Below are positions 25,498-38,697 of a stretch of 64,000 bases of DNA, piece by piece. Within the stretch, counting starts at the first letter, position 1; every line of letters starts with the position of its first letter. The position numbers and the translations under genes were made by a program. The notes under the pieces are model-generated. The model did no database searches, had not been told where the DNA came from, and was given only the letters and a program-made list of their open reading frames with translations. The stretch covers positions 25,742,464 through 25,806,463 of the forward strand of contig NC_043011.1 of NCBI RefSeq assembly GCF_006345805.1, written 5' to 3'. This DNA is from Octopus sinensis (Eukaryota).

Positions 25498-25879
25498 TAA
25501 AATATTATATTGTTTTAATCCAAATGAAAATTAATATTACACGTTGACACTCGCGCGGTCTAATATTATTGCCTTGTAAAATTAGATTTGATTTGGTGGA
25601 GCTGATTGAGAATGCATAGGCAACAGACAAACAGACCAGACAAACAAAGAATTTTATATATATATATGGAGATGACACATAAGCCACATATAGCATAAAG
25701 TATTATGAATGTAATAGAAAATACGAAACCCCACTGCAGTAAAATAAGGCTTCTATAGTAAAGTAATAATAATACTACTAATAATGATGATGATGATGAT
25801 GATGAAGAAGATGATGACGATAATAATAATAATAATAATAATAATATAATAATAATAATATAATAATAATAATAATAAT

Positions 25880-26990
25880 GAACCAGAGTGAAAGCCATTA
25901 ATGTTTCAAAAATTATGAGCGAAAGCAGAAACAGAAGGTTTGGTTTTAGTTGTCTAACGCCAATGCCTAGCCACGTCTAATTACAAAAATAAAACAATGA
26001 ATAGAAACACTAGCATCAAGAGAAAATTATGAAATCAGTACAAAAAGTTAATTGATGACGTCATTTCTGGTTGCCCGCTCCTTGCCAAGTCCAAGTATAT
26101 TCACAGACACGATCGAGTCAGCAGCTATGACCAGTGGGCAAGTTGCCGACATTTCTATGCGAAAACGGAAGAAAAAACATGCAGCAAACACGAATCTTCT
26201 GGTATACGTCTGCTCAGAGTGAGAGTAGATCAAGGTATATCATATGGGCGCAGGCATAGCCGTGTGGCGAAGAAGCTCGCTTTGCAACCGAGGGTATTCG
26301 GATTCAGTCTTACTGCGCTGCGTCTTCGGAAAGTCTTCTACTAAAGCCTCGGGCTGACCAATGCCTTGTGAGTGAATTTGGTACGGAAGCTATGTGGTAG
26401 CTCGCTGTACATGTGTGTGTGTGTGTTTGCATTTGCGTTTGCTCTCCTCCCCCGCTGCTTTACAAGCAATATCAGTTTGTTTACATCCCCTTAACTTAGG
26501 GGTTCGGCGAAAGTGAACGATCGAGAAAGTACCAGGCATTAAAAAGCAAAATAATTATTGGAGGCAATTTGTTCGACTAAACTCTTCAAGGCGGTGTTCC
26601 AGCATGGCCGCAGTCCAATGTATGAAACAAGCAAGCAAGCAAAAGGTAAAAGATTTAAAAACTGCCGTAATGAAAATCTCTCTATTCCGACAAGCATCTC
26701 GATCCCTTTTGACAACACTCGGCAAGAAGCCAGGATATGTTGAATTGCAATCATCTAGAATTCGAAATAAAGTATGACAAAGGTTAAGAATGTGAGAATA
26801 ATACCAATGATAACTGAAGCCAAAGGTATGATAAAAAGAAAATGAAGAATAACTTTAAAAAAAACCATATCAATGCTCACAGTTTTACATACAGTTAACA
26901 AAATGATTTGCTAGGCACCGTCCTCATCTTATGCAAGACTCGATTCAGTAGCACATCTCAGACAATACACTGTCTGTACACAACTGCACA
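25880..26990 (+). mobile_element. R4/Dong LINE C-terminus split by a SINE (26247-26650)
   Basis: KAETEG, DDVISGCPLLAKSKYIHRHDRV before the SINE; SIPFD and LLGTVLILCKT after it. Confidence 0.75.
26247..26650 (+). mobile_element. SINE family A inserted in a Dong fragment
   Basis: Head ggcgcaggcatagccgtgtgg. Confidence 0.8.
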
Positions 26991-27039
26991 CAACACAAAC
27001 TTTATACGATCACCATTCAATGCAATAACACAGCACACA

Positions 27040-27190
27040 CCCTATTCTTTTACTTGTTTCCGGCATCAGACTGCGGCCAAGCTGGGGCACCACCTTAAAG
27101 AATTTTAGTCCAACGAATCGATTCCAGTACTCATATTTTATGTAAAGTCTGGTACTTATTCTATCGGTTTCTTTTGCTGAACCGCTAAGT
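27040..27190 (-). mobile_element. SINE family A 3' fragment
   Basis: Similarity to the family tail. Confidence 0.7.
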
Positions 27191-27244
27191 TATACCACCT
27201 TTACCTATACCGCCACCATCTACTGAGATAATATAACACGTACA

Positions 27245-27440
27245 TAATTATTTCTAATTTTGGCACAAAGCCGGCAATTTTAGTGGAGTGGGTAAATCGA
27301 TTACAATAATTCCAGTGCTCAACTGGTTTTATATTTAGCGATCTGGAAAGGATGAAAGACAAAGTCGACGTTGATGGTATTTGAACTTTGGGTGTAAAGC
27401 CAGAAGAAACGTGGTTACAAAGCGTGCCAGTTAGCTACTT
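27245..27440 (-). mobile_element. SINE family B (diverged)
   Basis: Family similarity. Confidence 0.7.
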
Positions 27441-27453
27441 AAAGACGCAAGCT

Positions 27454-27540
<87 letters not shown>

Positions 27541-27771
27541 CTTCTAGTTGGTCGCTCAACAGAGTAGAAATAGTGGTGCACCCGTCTTGAAACGAAAGAA
27601 ACAGCGTATTAGAATAAAGATAAGTCATACTAGATAATGTAGTTGTAGACATATGTTAGAAAATAAGATGCTTTGAATGATCAGAGCTGACTCGAGGTTG
27701 AACAACGACAGCAATAACACCATTGAAATAAGTAGGACTACTATTGAATATACATAATCACGATAAATATC

Positions 27772-27920
27772 TGACCTAATATTCGACCTTCTGTCTGACA
27801 TAACGTTTGGACTTTATGTTTGACTTGATATTTGATTTAACGGTCGATCCAATATTTGACCTTATGTTTGACATTATATTTGACTTTTATGTTTGACCTC
27901 GTTTTTGAGCTGTCGTTAAC
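27772..27920. repeat. Diverged ~12-bp minisatellite (tgaccttatgtt)n
   Basis: Direct inspection. Confidence 0.8.
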
Positions 27921-28033
27921 TAATAGATTACTTGATCAAATTAATCAAAATAGGTTAGTAAGGAAAGTGTATATGCCTGCTTGCGTCTACGTAGATATAT
28001 ATATACACAACAAATTAACGAGAGCATGGTACA

Positions 28034-28107
<74 letters not shown>

Positions 28108-28909
28108 TGTATGTGTGTGCTTCTGTGTATGTGTGTGAGAAAGAGAGAGAAAGCGTGAGAATGATGGCCGGTGGATGAAGCCCAGTATCAAACTAATACT
28201 TTATGTATTGACATCCAAATCTGAAAGCTGGTACGAACACTGCATGGTAATCGATTTGATGCGCTAATGACTCCTTTACCAAAACGCCGCCCTAAGAAGG
28301 AGTACTAAAATCTGATGGAAAACTCCAATCACTTTTCCTTCCCATGCCAATGTCAGTGCCGCTCCCACGCCCTTCCACCCCACGCCCCGCAAAAAAAAAG
28401 AAAAAGAAAAGGAAAAAAGCCATAAAAGTTTTGAAAAAAATCAATACAATATGACAAGTGAGAAAGAGTGAAGCGGGATCCAGCCGCCGTGCACTTCCAT
28501 GAAAACGCATAAACCAAAATCGTTGAGCAAAATAAAAATCATCAAAATCCATAGAGGGAAATGGAAGATTCAATTAACATCCTAGCAACATTGCGAAGCG
28601 GCCCTTTGTTGCATATCCCAAGCCACTAAGCGGTTTTGAAAATGCTACATTTGAAAAGGCTAAAACAGATCACATCAATAAGCAACAAGCTTTTTGAAAA
28701 AACAAAGATTCCTCAGGAGAAAAAACAACTCAATAACACACCAAAGAGTAAAATCTGTCATTAACGAAAGAACCTCTAAGCGATTGTTCATCTTGCTAGA
28801 AATAGTACCCAAATATCCCTTAAATCATATCCTACAAGCTCAAAAGAAAAGAAAAGAAAAAGAAAAAAGAGAGAAAGAGCGCGCATTGAACAATTAAGTT
28901 TTGGATATA

Positions 28910-29275
28910 GGCGTAAGGGTGGCTGTGTGGTAAGAAAGTTTGCTTCCAAACCACATGATTCAGGGTTCGGTCTCATTGCGTGGCACCCTGGGCAAGTGTT
29001 TTCTACTATACCCTCAGGCCGACCAAAGACCTGTAAGTGGATTTAGTGGACGGAAACTGAAAGGAGTCCGTCGTATGTGTGTGTTTGTCCACCATCATCG
29101 CTTGACAACCAGTGTTGGCGTGTTTACATCCCCGTAAATTAGCGGTTCGGCAAAAGAAATAGATTGAATAAGTACCAGGTTTAAAAAACAAATAAACAAA
29201 CTGGGGTCGATTCATTCGACTAAAATTATTCAAGCCTTTGCGACAGCATGGCTGAAAGAAATAAAAAAGTAAAAC
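28910..29275 (+). mobile_element. SINE family A
   Basis: Head ggcgtaagggtggctgtgtgg. Confidence 0.85.
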
Positions 29276-29465
29276 GTGAAAAAGAGTATTTGTTGAAGCG
29301 GAATTGGTCTGGGGTTAACCGATACCAAAGACAATCTGTCATTAATCTTAGTTATAGCCAATTTGTCCGAACATAAGTTATTTCTATTAAATAAAGGGCT
29401 ACAATTTGTTATATATTCATTCTTAGTTTGAGCATTTTAATACCAACCGTTGATCACGTAATACT

Positions 29466-29660
29466 GGTTTCAAATTTTGACACAAGGAAGCGGGTAAATC
29501 GATTACATCGACTCCAGTGCCAAATTGATACTAACTTTGTGGCCCCACAAAAAAAGGCAAAGTCAATCTCGATGGAATTAGAACTTAGAACGTAAAGTCG
29601 GATGAAATGCCGCTAAGCATTTTGCCCAGCGTGCTAACGACTCTGCCAGCTAGCCGCCTT
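29466..29660 (-). mobile_element. SINE family B
   Basis: Family similarity. Confidence 0.8.
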
Positions 29661-29984
29661 AAAAAAAAAGAAGTACTCGTAATATTGTAACCTGATTAAT
29701 TAAAACATTGGGGAGTAGTACCTTGAAAACCCTCTCCAGTTGAACAATAACTTCATACGCTTATTCATAGGACAGAATAAGCAGAAAACATGGATTCTTC
29801 TGAATGACTACAAATAGTTTTAATAGATCTCCATTGCATGAAGAAGCTGCCAGAGTTACTGAAAAAAAAATAATAGGGACAGCTTATATATATCATAATA
29901 AGATAACATACCCGTGGTTTACCCCAATTGCATAAATTGCATAAATCTAGGGTATCCCTAAGACCTATTGTCACTATTATTGTC

Positions 29985-30180
29985 CCGGACCTTGTGAGTG
30001 AATTTGGTAGACGGAAACGATGCGCGCGCGTGCATATGTGTGTATTTTTGTGACAACCATTGTTGGTTTGTTTACGTCCCGTAACTTTGCGGTTCAGCAA
30101 AAAGAACCGATAGAATAAGTACTAGACTTTAAAAATAAGTACTGAGGGGTCGATTTGTTCGACTAAACCCTTCAAGGTAG
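29985..30180 (+). mobile_element. SINE family A 3' half
   Basis: Family similarity. Confidence 0.75.
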
Positions 30181-30606
30181 TGCCCCAGCACAACGGCAGT
30201 CCTATGACTGAAACAAGCAAAATGTACAAGATATAACATCAGAACATTGCAGATTTCTCATATAAGAATGTTTCATATATTAGGGAAGTATTCTATAGGA
30301 GAAACCGGACAGCTCCTAAGTGTCCGGTTTTACTAAGTGAGCACCACAAAGTTTGGAAGAATAGGAGGAAGATGAATTAAAGGAATGTTTAAACATATAT
30401 GGTCAAAGAAAGAATAACACATAGAATGACATAGCCATTACTGACAGAGAAATTCAAAGTGGAAATTTAGAGAGAAGCAGTACGTACAACAATTGCTGAT
30501 TACTCAGTCAGTAAAACCAGAGTTGATATCAACTTAATATAGATGCCGTTACCGAAAGCTAACTATAAATAAATTTAATAATAATTGTAAATACGTCTGT
30601 GGCCCA

Positions 30607-30843
30607 CTTTGAACTCAGAACATACCAGCAGACGAAATACTGCTAAGCATTTCGCCCAGCATGCTAACGTTTCTGCCAGCTCGCCGCCTTAGAACAGAGC
30701 TATAATCGAAAGCATTCCGGCTATGACTATCCCGTTTTTTGGGGTTTTTTTTTGTAATGAATGTGTGATCAAGAAGGCCGCTTGGGTAAAGGGTAAAGAA
30801 CTCCTTCAGTCATGAATGACCATGAGATTGCATCTAGAAAGTT
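30607..30843 (-). repeat. Inverted copy of 34021-34259
   Basis: About 7 substitutions (all transitions) over ~237 bp, plus homopolymer length differences. Confidence 0.95.
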
Positions 30844-30859
30844 ATAATAGAACGTTATA

Positions 30860-31130
30860 ATCCCTCATTTACAAATAAAAGTTCCACGTCCGAAACTAGG
30901 GCATATACACATTACGTTATCACAAATAAGACAACTGCTGATTAAAATCAAATGGATCGAAACATAATGTAGATGCAAAGACTTTAAAGACGAGACTTGA
31001 TAAATTTATAATCCGAAAAAATAAATAGTCCAGAACATTATAATTATAATTATAATCGATCCAAATGACTTGCAAAAGAAGCAAAGTTTCGCAAATAAAT
31101 AAACAGCATCAAAACAATGTTACTGCTTGA
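30860..31130 (+). mobile_element. Possible CR1-type 3' end remnant
   Basis: NVDAKTLKTRLDKFII resembles the 'VDVFK..LDK.L' terminal motif. Confidence 0.4.
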
Positions 31131-31814
31131 CGCTTGACGGCGGTAACCGATTAAAAGGCAAAAGAATAATGACTGAAGTGTAATCATTAATCATTAGAAC
31201 GAGGAAAAGAGTAAAAGTATTAATCATTAGCGAAATAGTAATAACAAGAAATTTTATACTTCATAACTTCAGTAATAATAGTACTTTGAGATATTCCAGA
31301 ACAAAATCTTCAAGGCGAACATCCAAGCGACAAATCAACCAACCAGCCAACTAACCAATCAAAACGTCGGGCGAGCGAGCGAGCGAGCAAATAAACGGGA
31401 TGGAAGTGGAGGCATCTAACGTTTTGATGGTTGAACAACGGTTAAAAAAACATGAAGCAGTGGTTAGAATTGATGGTAAATGATGATAGTGATAGAGGTG
31501 ATGGTGGTGATGGTAGTGCTGTTGTTGTTGATGGTGGCTGTGGAGGGGAACGGCAGGAGTATACAACGACTATAACTGTCGCCGTACACTGTGATGTAAG
31601 GATTCTAGACAACGGCTTTTAGTTTTGCTTTGTTTTTTTTTTTGTTTTTTTTTTGTTTTTCTTTCATTGAGGGATTAATGAATGTGTAAAAGCTTTCCTC
31701 GTTAAGAAATTAATTTTTCACTGTTTTTTCCGCGCGATTTGAAGAGAGAAAAAAAAGTACAACAAAAAAAAATAAAGACAAAAAAAATCTAACAAACACT
31801 TTTGTCAGTTTATG

Positions 31815-31863
31815 TATTTAGTTGCATTTATTATTATTATTATTATTATCATTATTATTATTA

Positions 31864-31915
<52 letters not shown>

Positions 31916-31987
31916 CATCATTATTATTATTATTATTATTATTATATTATTATCATTATTATTATTATATTATTATTATCATTATTA

Positions 31988-32037
<50 letters not shown>

Positions 32038-32047
32038 CATTATTATT

Positions 32048-32127
<80 letters not shown>

Positions 32128-32130
32128 TTC
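31815..32130. repeat. (TTA)n field
   Basis: Direct inspection. Confidence 0.98.
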
Positions 32131-32569
32131 AGTTTAATTCTATTTAAAAAAAATTTAATTCCTTACATCCGTCTCCTCCTGCTTCCACTATTAACTAACT
32201 ATACACCAGAAAAACGAAAAAAAACCCTACTATAGCAAAATCCCAAGCTCACTCGTAACAACCATACACGCGCGCACAGATGCGCACACAATTGCGCACA
32301 TACACGAGCGCGCGCGTACACGCACGTGCCCACAGACGTACATACACACACAAACACTCATATACAGAATAGCTTCAACACACGCACACACACAGACATA
32401 CGCGCAAACGCACACACAGAGGCCTGCATTCGAACGCAAGCACACAACTATACATACACTTAAGCTCAGAAGCGCCTAATCAGATGCGTACGCATACACA
32501 CACACGCATCATAAACACAGCCACGCACACATTTTGACCAAATAGGCGCGCAAGCGCAATATTGATTTG

Positions 32570-33500
32570 TGACATAGACACAAGGCTACAAATTGGGCGG
32601 GAAGAATGTAATCGATTACATCGATTACTTTATTTTACCGATAGCATAAGGATGAAAGGCAAAGTGGGATTTCAACTCAGAACGTTGAAAAACGTCATTA
32701 AATACCACAAGGCATACTGACTGTCGCTCTACCGACCCTGCCAGCTTACACCCTTATCTACTAATGAGAGAACCTCTACCTGATTGTTTGACCTGCTAGA
32801 AACAACAACTAAAGCTCCGTCAAATTACACCTAATTGTCTTCGAAAGGACAATAGTTTCTGGCAGAGGTTAAATAAATCGAATCTTAGTATTTAATTAAC
32901 TGATACATTATTTTATATCAAGCTCAGAAGAGCGAAAGGAGAAGCTGACTTTAACGAGATTTGAACTCAAAACGTAAAGACCCAAAACTAACACCGCGAG
33001 ATATTTTGTCCAACGCTCTAACGATTTTGGCAATCATCTCTAGCATATTGGATAATAATGATTTCAAATTTTGGCACAAGGCCAGAAATTTCTGGGGATT
33101 AGTAAGTAAGTCGATTACATTGACCCCAGTACTTAACTGGTACTTGTTTAATCGACCTCGAAAAGATGAAAGGTGAAGTCGACCTCGGCGGTATTTGAAC
33201 TCGGAACGTAAAGGCAAACGAAATACCGCTAAGCATTTTCCCCGGCGTGCTAACGATTCTGACATCTCGCTGCCTTGGCATATTGGATAATAATGATTTC
33301 AAATTTAAGCACAAAGGCAGCAATTTTGAGGGAAGGGGCTAGATCGACATACTAATACGTGACTGGTACTTTATTTCACCGAAAGACTGAAAGGCAAAGT
33401 TGACCTTAGCGGGATCTGAACACAATATAAAGAACCGGAAGAAATACCTCTAAGCAATTTTTCCTAACGCCATCATTCTGCCGGTCGGCTGCCTTCGATT
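32570..33500 (-). mobile_element. Stack of four or more SINE family B copies of different ages
   Basis: Repeated aaggatgaaaggcaaagt core at ~32650, 32930, 33165 and 33390. Confidence 0.8.
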
Positions 33501-33713
33501 TCTAACTTGAGCACAAGAATGGTAATTTTTAGGAAAGGAAGTCAGTCTATACCATCACCCCACCCAGCGCTTATTTTCTAAGTAAGTTACTTATTCTATT
33601 GATCACTTTTTGACGATCGGCTAAGTTATGGAGATGTAAACAAACCAACGCCAGTTATCAAGCTGCGGTAGCGGAACAAACACAGACACACTCATACACA
33701 CATACATGTGTGT

Positions 33714-33768
<55 letters not shown>

Positions 33769-33778
33769 TGTGTATGGT

Positions 33779-34076
33779 GAAGACGCATGGCTCAGTGGTT
33801 TAGAACGTCGGGTTCACTATCATGAGGTAGTGAGTTCGATTCCTGACCGGGAGCAAGACACTATATTTCACGTTGTTCCAGTTCACTCATTTAGAAATGA
33901 GTCGCGCCGTCGCTGGTGCCAAGCTGTATCGGCCTTTGCCTTTCCCCTGGATAACATTGGTGGATAACATTGGGTCACTGCTGGTCTTCCATAAACAACC
34001 TTGCCCGGACTTCGGAGGGTAACTTTCTAGATGCAATCTCATGGCCATTCATGACTGAAGGGGTTCTTTACTCTTT
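33779..34076 (+). mobile_element. tRNA-head SINE family D
   Basis: Head gacgcatggctcagtgg; tail catgactgaaggggttctttactcttta. Confidence 0.8.
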
Positions 34077-34157
34077 ACCCAAGTGGCCTTCTTGATCACA
34101 CATTCATTACAAAAAACCCCCCCCCAAAAAACGGGATAGTCATAGCCGGAACGCTTT

Positions 34158-34610
34158 CGATTATAGCTCTGTTCTGAGGTGGCGAGCTGGCAGAAACGTT
34201 AGCATGCTGGGCGAAATGCTTAGCAGTATTTCGTCTGCTGGTATGTTCTGAGTTCAAATTCCGCCGAGGTCGACATTGCCTTTCATCCTTTCGGGGTCGA
34301 TAAATTTAGTACCAGTTACGCACTGGGGTCGATGTAATCGACTTAATCTCTTTGTCTGTCCTTGTTTGTCCTCTCTGTGTTTAGCCCTCTTTGGGCAGTA
34401 AAGAAATAAGAAACTTTAGTACGCCGGGCGAAATGCTTAGCGGTATTTCGTGTGTCATAGCATTCTGAGTTCAAATTCCACCGAGGTCGACTTTGCCTTT
34501 CATCCTTTGAGGGTCGATAAATTAAGTACCAGTTGCGTAGTGGGATCGATCTAATCGACTGACCCCCCCCCCTCTCCAAAAATTTCGGGCCTTCTGCCTA
34601 GTGTAGAAAA
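34158..34610 (+). mobile_element. SINE family B dimer
   Basis: Two cores in tandem. Confidence 0.9.
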
Positions 34611-35359
34611 GAAAAGATTGTAGCTTGTTCGCTTATTTGCAGACTTTGGGTTAAACAACAAACCAAGGAAGAAGAAAAAGAAGAACAACACATACTCTAC
34701 AGAATATTAAAATTAGAACAAAATCAAACATGTAAAAACAAACCGAAACACAACAAAAATAAATAAAAAGTAAAATACAAAAAATAAAGAAGAAACAAAG
34801 AATACAAAAACAACAACAAAAACGGACGATTTCCACTAATAATGTAAATCATTTTAAATACGTTTGATGCGGGCGCCATTTTCTTGCTAATTGTTAAATC
34901 CGATTTCCCGTCGCACCCAAGTCGAAAGTGGTTCCATAAAGCCGAGACATATCGATTTCTATCTTAGGCACGAGGCCACAAATCTTGAGGGAATGGGAAT
35001 AGTTAATTATAATGACTCTTAGTACTTGAGTGGGACTTATTGTTTTATGGTGAGGTTTCACATATGTAATATAGCGAGTTGAAAAAAAAAACAAAACAAA
35101 AAAACAAACAAACAAAAACAAAAACAAAAAACAAAACCAAACCAAACTAACAAAAACAAACAGACCCAAAACAAAAACAAAACAAAAAACAAAACAAATA
35201 AAGCATTCCCATTAACTGAGATTATCTAAGCAATTAGTTGACAAAATCTTCCTGGAGGGGTATGTTTAAAACCTGAAAAAAAAAAAAGGAGCTCATCACG
35301 TAAGAGAGATAACTTCCATGTTGATCGCAAATTGGTTGACAATATATGTAATGTAGGAA

Positions 35360-35565
35360 AGGCAGCGAGTTGGGCGAACCATTAGCACGCCGGGAAAAAT
35401 GTTTAGCAGCATTTCGCCCGTCTTTACGTTGTGAGTTCAAATTCGGTCGCGGTCAACTTTGCCTTTTGTCTTTTAGGGTCAATAAAATAAATTCCGGTTG
35501 ATCACTGTAATCGTCTTATCCCCTGCCCCAAAATTGCTGGCTTTGTGCCAAAATTTGAAATCAAT
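35360..35565 (+). mobile_element. SINE family B
   Basis: Family similarity. Confidence 0.8.
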
Positions 35566-35699
35566 ATAGACAATGTAAGTTGAAGTGGAATATTTTAAAG
35601 TCTATGTGTGAAATCAACGGACATGCTTTCGTATTAATAAACTTTTTCGATGAAAGACTATTCCACAGTTGGCAAGACAAAGAATGATCAACACACACA

Positions 35700-36115
35700 G
35701 ACACTATGGCACCGACCGACCAATGCCTTTTAGATGAACTTGGTAGACAGAAACCGTCTGAAAGGCGGTTGTGTATGTCTATGTGTGTCTATTCTTTTAT
35801 TCTTTTACTTGTTTCAGTCATTAACTGTGGCCATGCTTGAGCACCGCCCAGAAGGATTTTAGTCGAACAAAGTGACTCCAGAACTTATTCTTTAACCGAC
35901 GTAAACACATCAAAATCAGTTGTGCCTATGTATGTATTTTTTTTCACACACACCACTTGACAAACGATGTTGATTTGTCTGCGACTCTGTAACTTAGCAG
36001 CTTGGCTTAAACCAACTGATAGAATAGGTACTAGACTTTAAAAGAATAAGTACTGGTATTAAATTTGATCGATTAAGAAAACCAATTCAAGGCGGTGTCG
36101 CAGTAAGTAAAAGCG
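35700..36115. mobile_element. Cluster of SINE family A fragments in both orientations
   Basis: Family similarity (35790-35900 minus, flanks plus). Confidence 0.65.
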
Positions 36116-36170
36116 TGTACACACATACACAAATACACATACACATATGTGTACGTGCCGCGCGCCCGCG

Positions 36171-36245
<75 letters not shown>

Positions 36246-36322
36246 GAAACAGACAGAGGGTTATGTAGTGACGCTAATGATAAGATAGGTGAGAGAAAAT
36301 AACTCCAGGGGAACGTTCTGCA

Positions 36323-36605
36323 TAGTGTAGGGTCTCATAGTATAGGATCTCATAGTACAGGGTCTCATAGTATAGGGTCTTATAGTATAGGGTCTTATAG
36401 TATAGGATCTTATAATATAGTCTCATAGTATAGGGTCTCATAGTATAGAGTCATATAGTATAGGGTCTCATAGTTTAGGGTGTTATAGTATAGGGTGTTA
36501 TAGTATAGGGTCTCATAGTATAGGGTCTCATCAAGTAGGGTTTCATTGTGTAGAGCCTCATAGTATAGGGTCTCATTTTGCAGCATCTCATATTATAGGC
36601 TCTTA
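36323..36605. repeat. 15-bp minisatellite (tagtatagggtctca)n, ~18 copies
   Basis: Direct inspection. Confidence 0.95.
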
Positions 36606-36825
36606 TTGTTGCAATATAGTGAGTTGAAAGACTCTCATGAAGGTTGTTTAAAGTCTTATAATTAAATAACGGAGATAATTCCGAGGAGATAAACTGATCA
36701 AAATTACAGTATTAGTGTAGATCTGACCTCTAAAATAACATCAAGCAGTGAAAGTAATGGACATGTTTCGCTATTATTAGACCCTCCTCAGTTGACAAGA
36801 TTACGAGCGATCAATCAATCAAACA

Positions 36826-36922
<97 letters not shown>

Positions 36923-36966
36923 GTTATCTATCTATCTATCTATCTATCTAAAAATTGAGGGCAAGT

Positions 36967-37605
36967 TGTGACACTCATTATGAATGTCAGCGAAAGTGCT
37001 GAAGCCAAATACCTCAGGGACAGTAGCGAAGCTAGGTCTATCTAGCGGGGTTAGCTGTATAAGCTTGTAGTGACGCTGTCCGGCAGCGCGCGCGCGCAGC
37101 GCCCTCTCGCGCATACGCGAAGTCCGGAAGAGGGAATTTTGCTGACGTGGCAGTTAGCCGAGGCAAGGGAGCGTGAACCTTAAAAGGGTCCGGAGAGACA
37201 TAGCAGCAGTGGGCTGACTTGAGACACGGCGACTGAAGGCACTAGACGTGTAATTCTCTCTCTGTCCGGATTTGGTATAACAGCAGTCGGCAGAAGACTT
37301 TTAACCAGGATTTGTTGCAGACCACACATCTTCTCCCTCCGGACGCCATTTTGACCAGTTCAGTTTTGCTGTTGCACTTGTAAAATCTACAAGCGTTAAA
37401 GTTCAGCTCTGACACATCCATACCAAGCGGAACCAGATATACCACTTATTTGTTACTGTCATAAGAGAATAAAGTAGATATATATTTTTTACGTTTGCGT
37501 CTTGTTGTTTCTGACTGGTAGAATCTGGATATTAAAGCAACGGTAATTTGTATGCACCAACTGCACCTTAAAAGTGCAGTGAAGCTATGTTAGTTCCCGT
37601 TACAA
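36967..37605 (+). mobile_element. Probable solo LTR (Gypsy-like)
   Basis: Starts TGTGAC, ends GTTACA. GC/CpG-rich 5' half, TAAAAG near 37180, AATAAA near 37468. No clean TSD. Confidence 0.55.
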
Positions 37606-37912
37606 GCTTGAATAGGCTTGTAGGACCAGTACTGGGAAGTGGGAAGCTCATGGTCTACTGCGAGTAGTACACTCTATCTATAGCTACTCCACTGCTGAGG
37701 GAAGTGTTTTGCTGACAAAGTACATCTAACGATCTATCCCGGGAACATGGCAGACAAAGTGGATACCGGCGGAATTTGGACCTCTGAGGTAATGACCCTT
37801 TGGTGTTTAAAGAAACACGGTTGACATAGCCTCATTGGGGTGGAGGGTTGTCTCAAAGCCTCCATTCATGGAATTAATGCAAGTTTGGCGTGTAGTGCTT
37901 AGACTGGTGTGA

Positions 37913-37958
<46 letters not shown>

Positions 37959-38048
37959 TGTGTGTGTGTTTGTGTGTTTGTGTGAGTGGTGTGTGATTAT
38001 GGTGATGGTGGGGTAAATGAGAAAAAAGCGGTATCTAAAATTACTTAC

Positions 38049-38162
38049 CCTGTTGAAATCGGCGTAAATGAAACCTTGCTGTAATCCCGTAAAAACCAAT
38101 AATGGAATCAAAAGTCGAAAGGTCTTGTGCGAAAACATGAGTGAGACGTGTTGACATATTAA
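38049..38162 (-). CDS. UNC93A: UNC-93-family MFS protein, internal exon (114 nt, phase 0/0): LICQHVSLMFSHKTFRLLIPLLVFTGLQQGFIYADFNR
   Basis: Minus-strand acceptor ttttttcattccag and donor AGG|gtaagt. The peptide matches the UNC-93 motif 'LLIPL..F.GL.Q.F...DF' and joins in frame to the 21130-21394 exon. Symbol is family-level; orthology not established. Confidence 0.9.
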
Positions 38163-38467
38163 CTGGAATGAAAAAACATAATGAAAAACAATGAGGTAAA
38201 CTACAATTTAGAAATTGTTAATGAAGAGCAAATTGTAAATTACATTTTTAGAATATTTAATGTAAATAACATATGTGAATAATACTCTTGGACAGTCATT
38301 ATGAACCTGAACATCTAAATTGTAAACATGGTGTTTCTTGGTGGCCAGTAAGGGAGAAAATCATTTCTACCTAATATTTGGCGGGATTAGAATTTTGAAA
38401 GTTAAAACCGTGGAGCAGCAAAGATGCGTAGAACATACGTATTTATTATTATTTTTTTGCTTATACA

Positions 38468-38639
38468 TAGGTGCAGGAGTGGCTGTATCGTAAGAAGTTT
38501 ACTTTACAACCATATAATTGCAGGTTCAGTTCCACTGCGTGGTACCTTGGATAAGATTTTTCCACTATAGCCTCGGACTGACCAAAGCTTATGAATGGAT
38601 TTGACAGACGGAAACGGAAAAAGAAGCCCGTTGTGTGTT

Positions 38640-38697
<58 letters not shown>

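Noticed and set aside
36323-36605. Regularly spaced repeats resembling a CRISPR array (also 27772-27920 and 25140-25470)
   Set aside because: No unique spacers, no cas genes, eukaryotic context.
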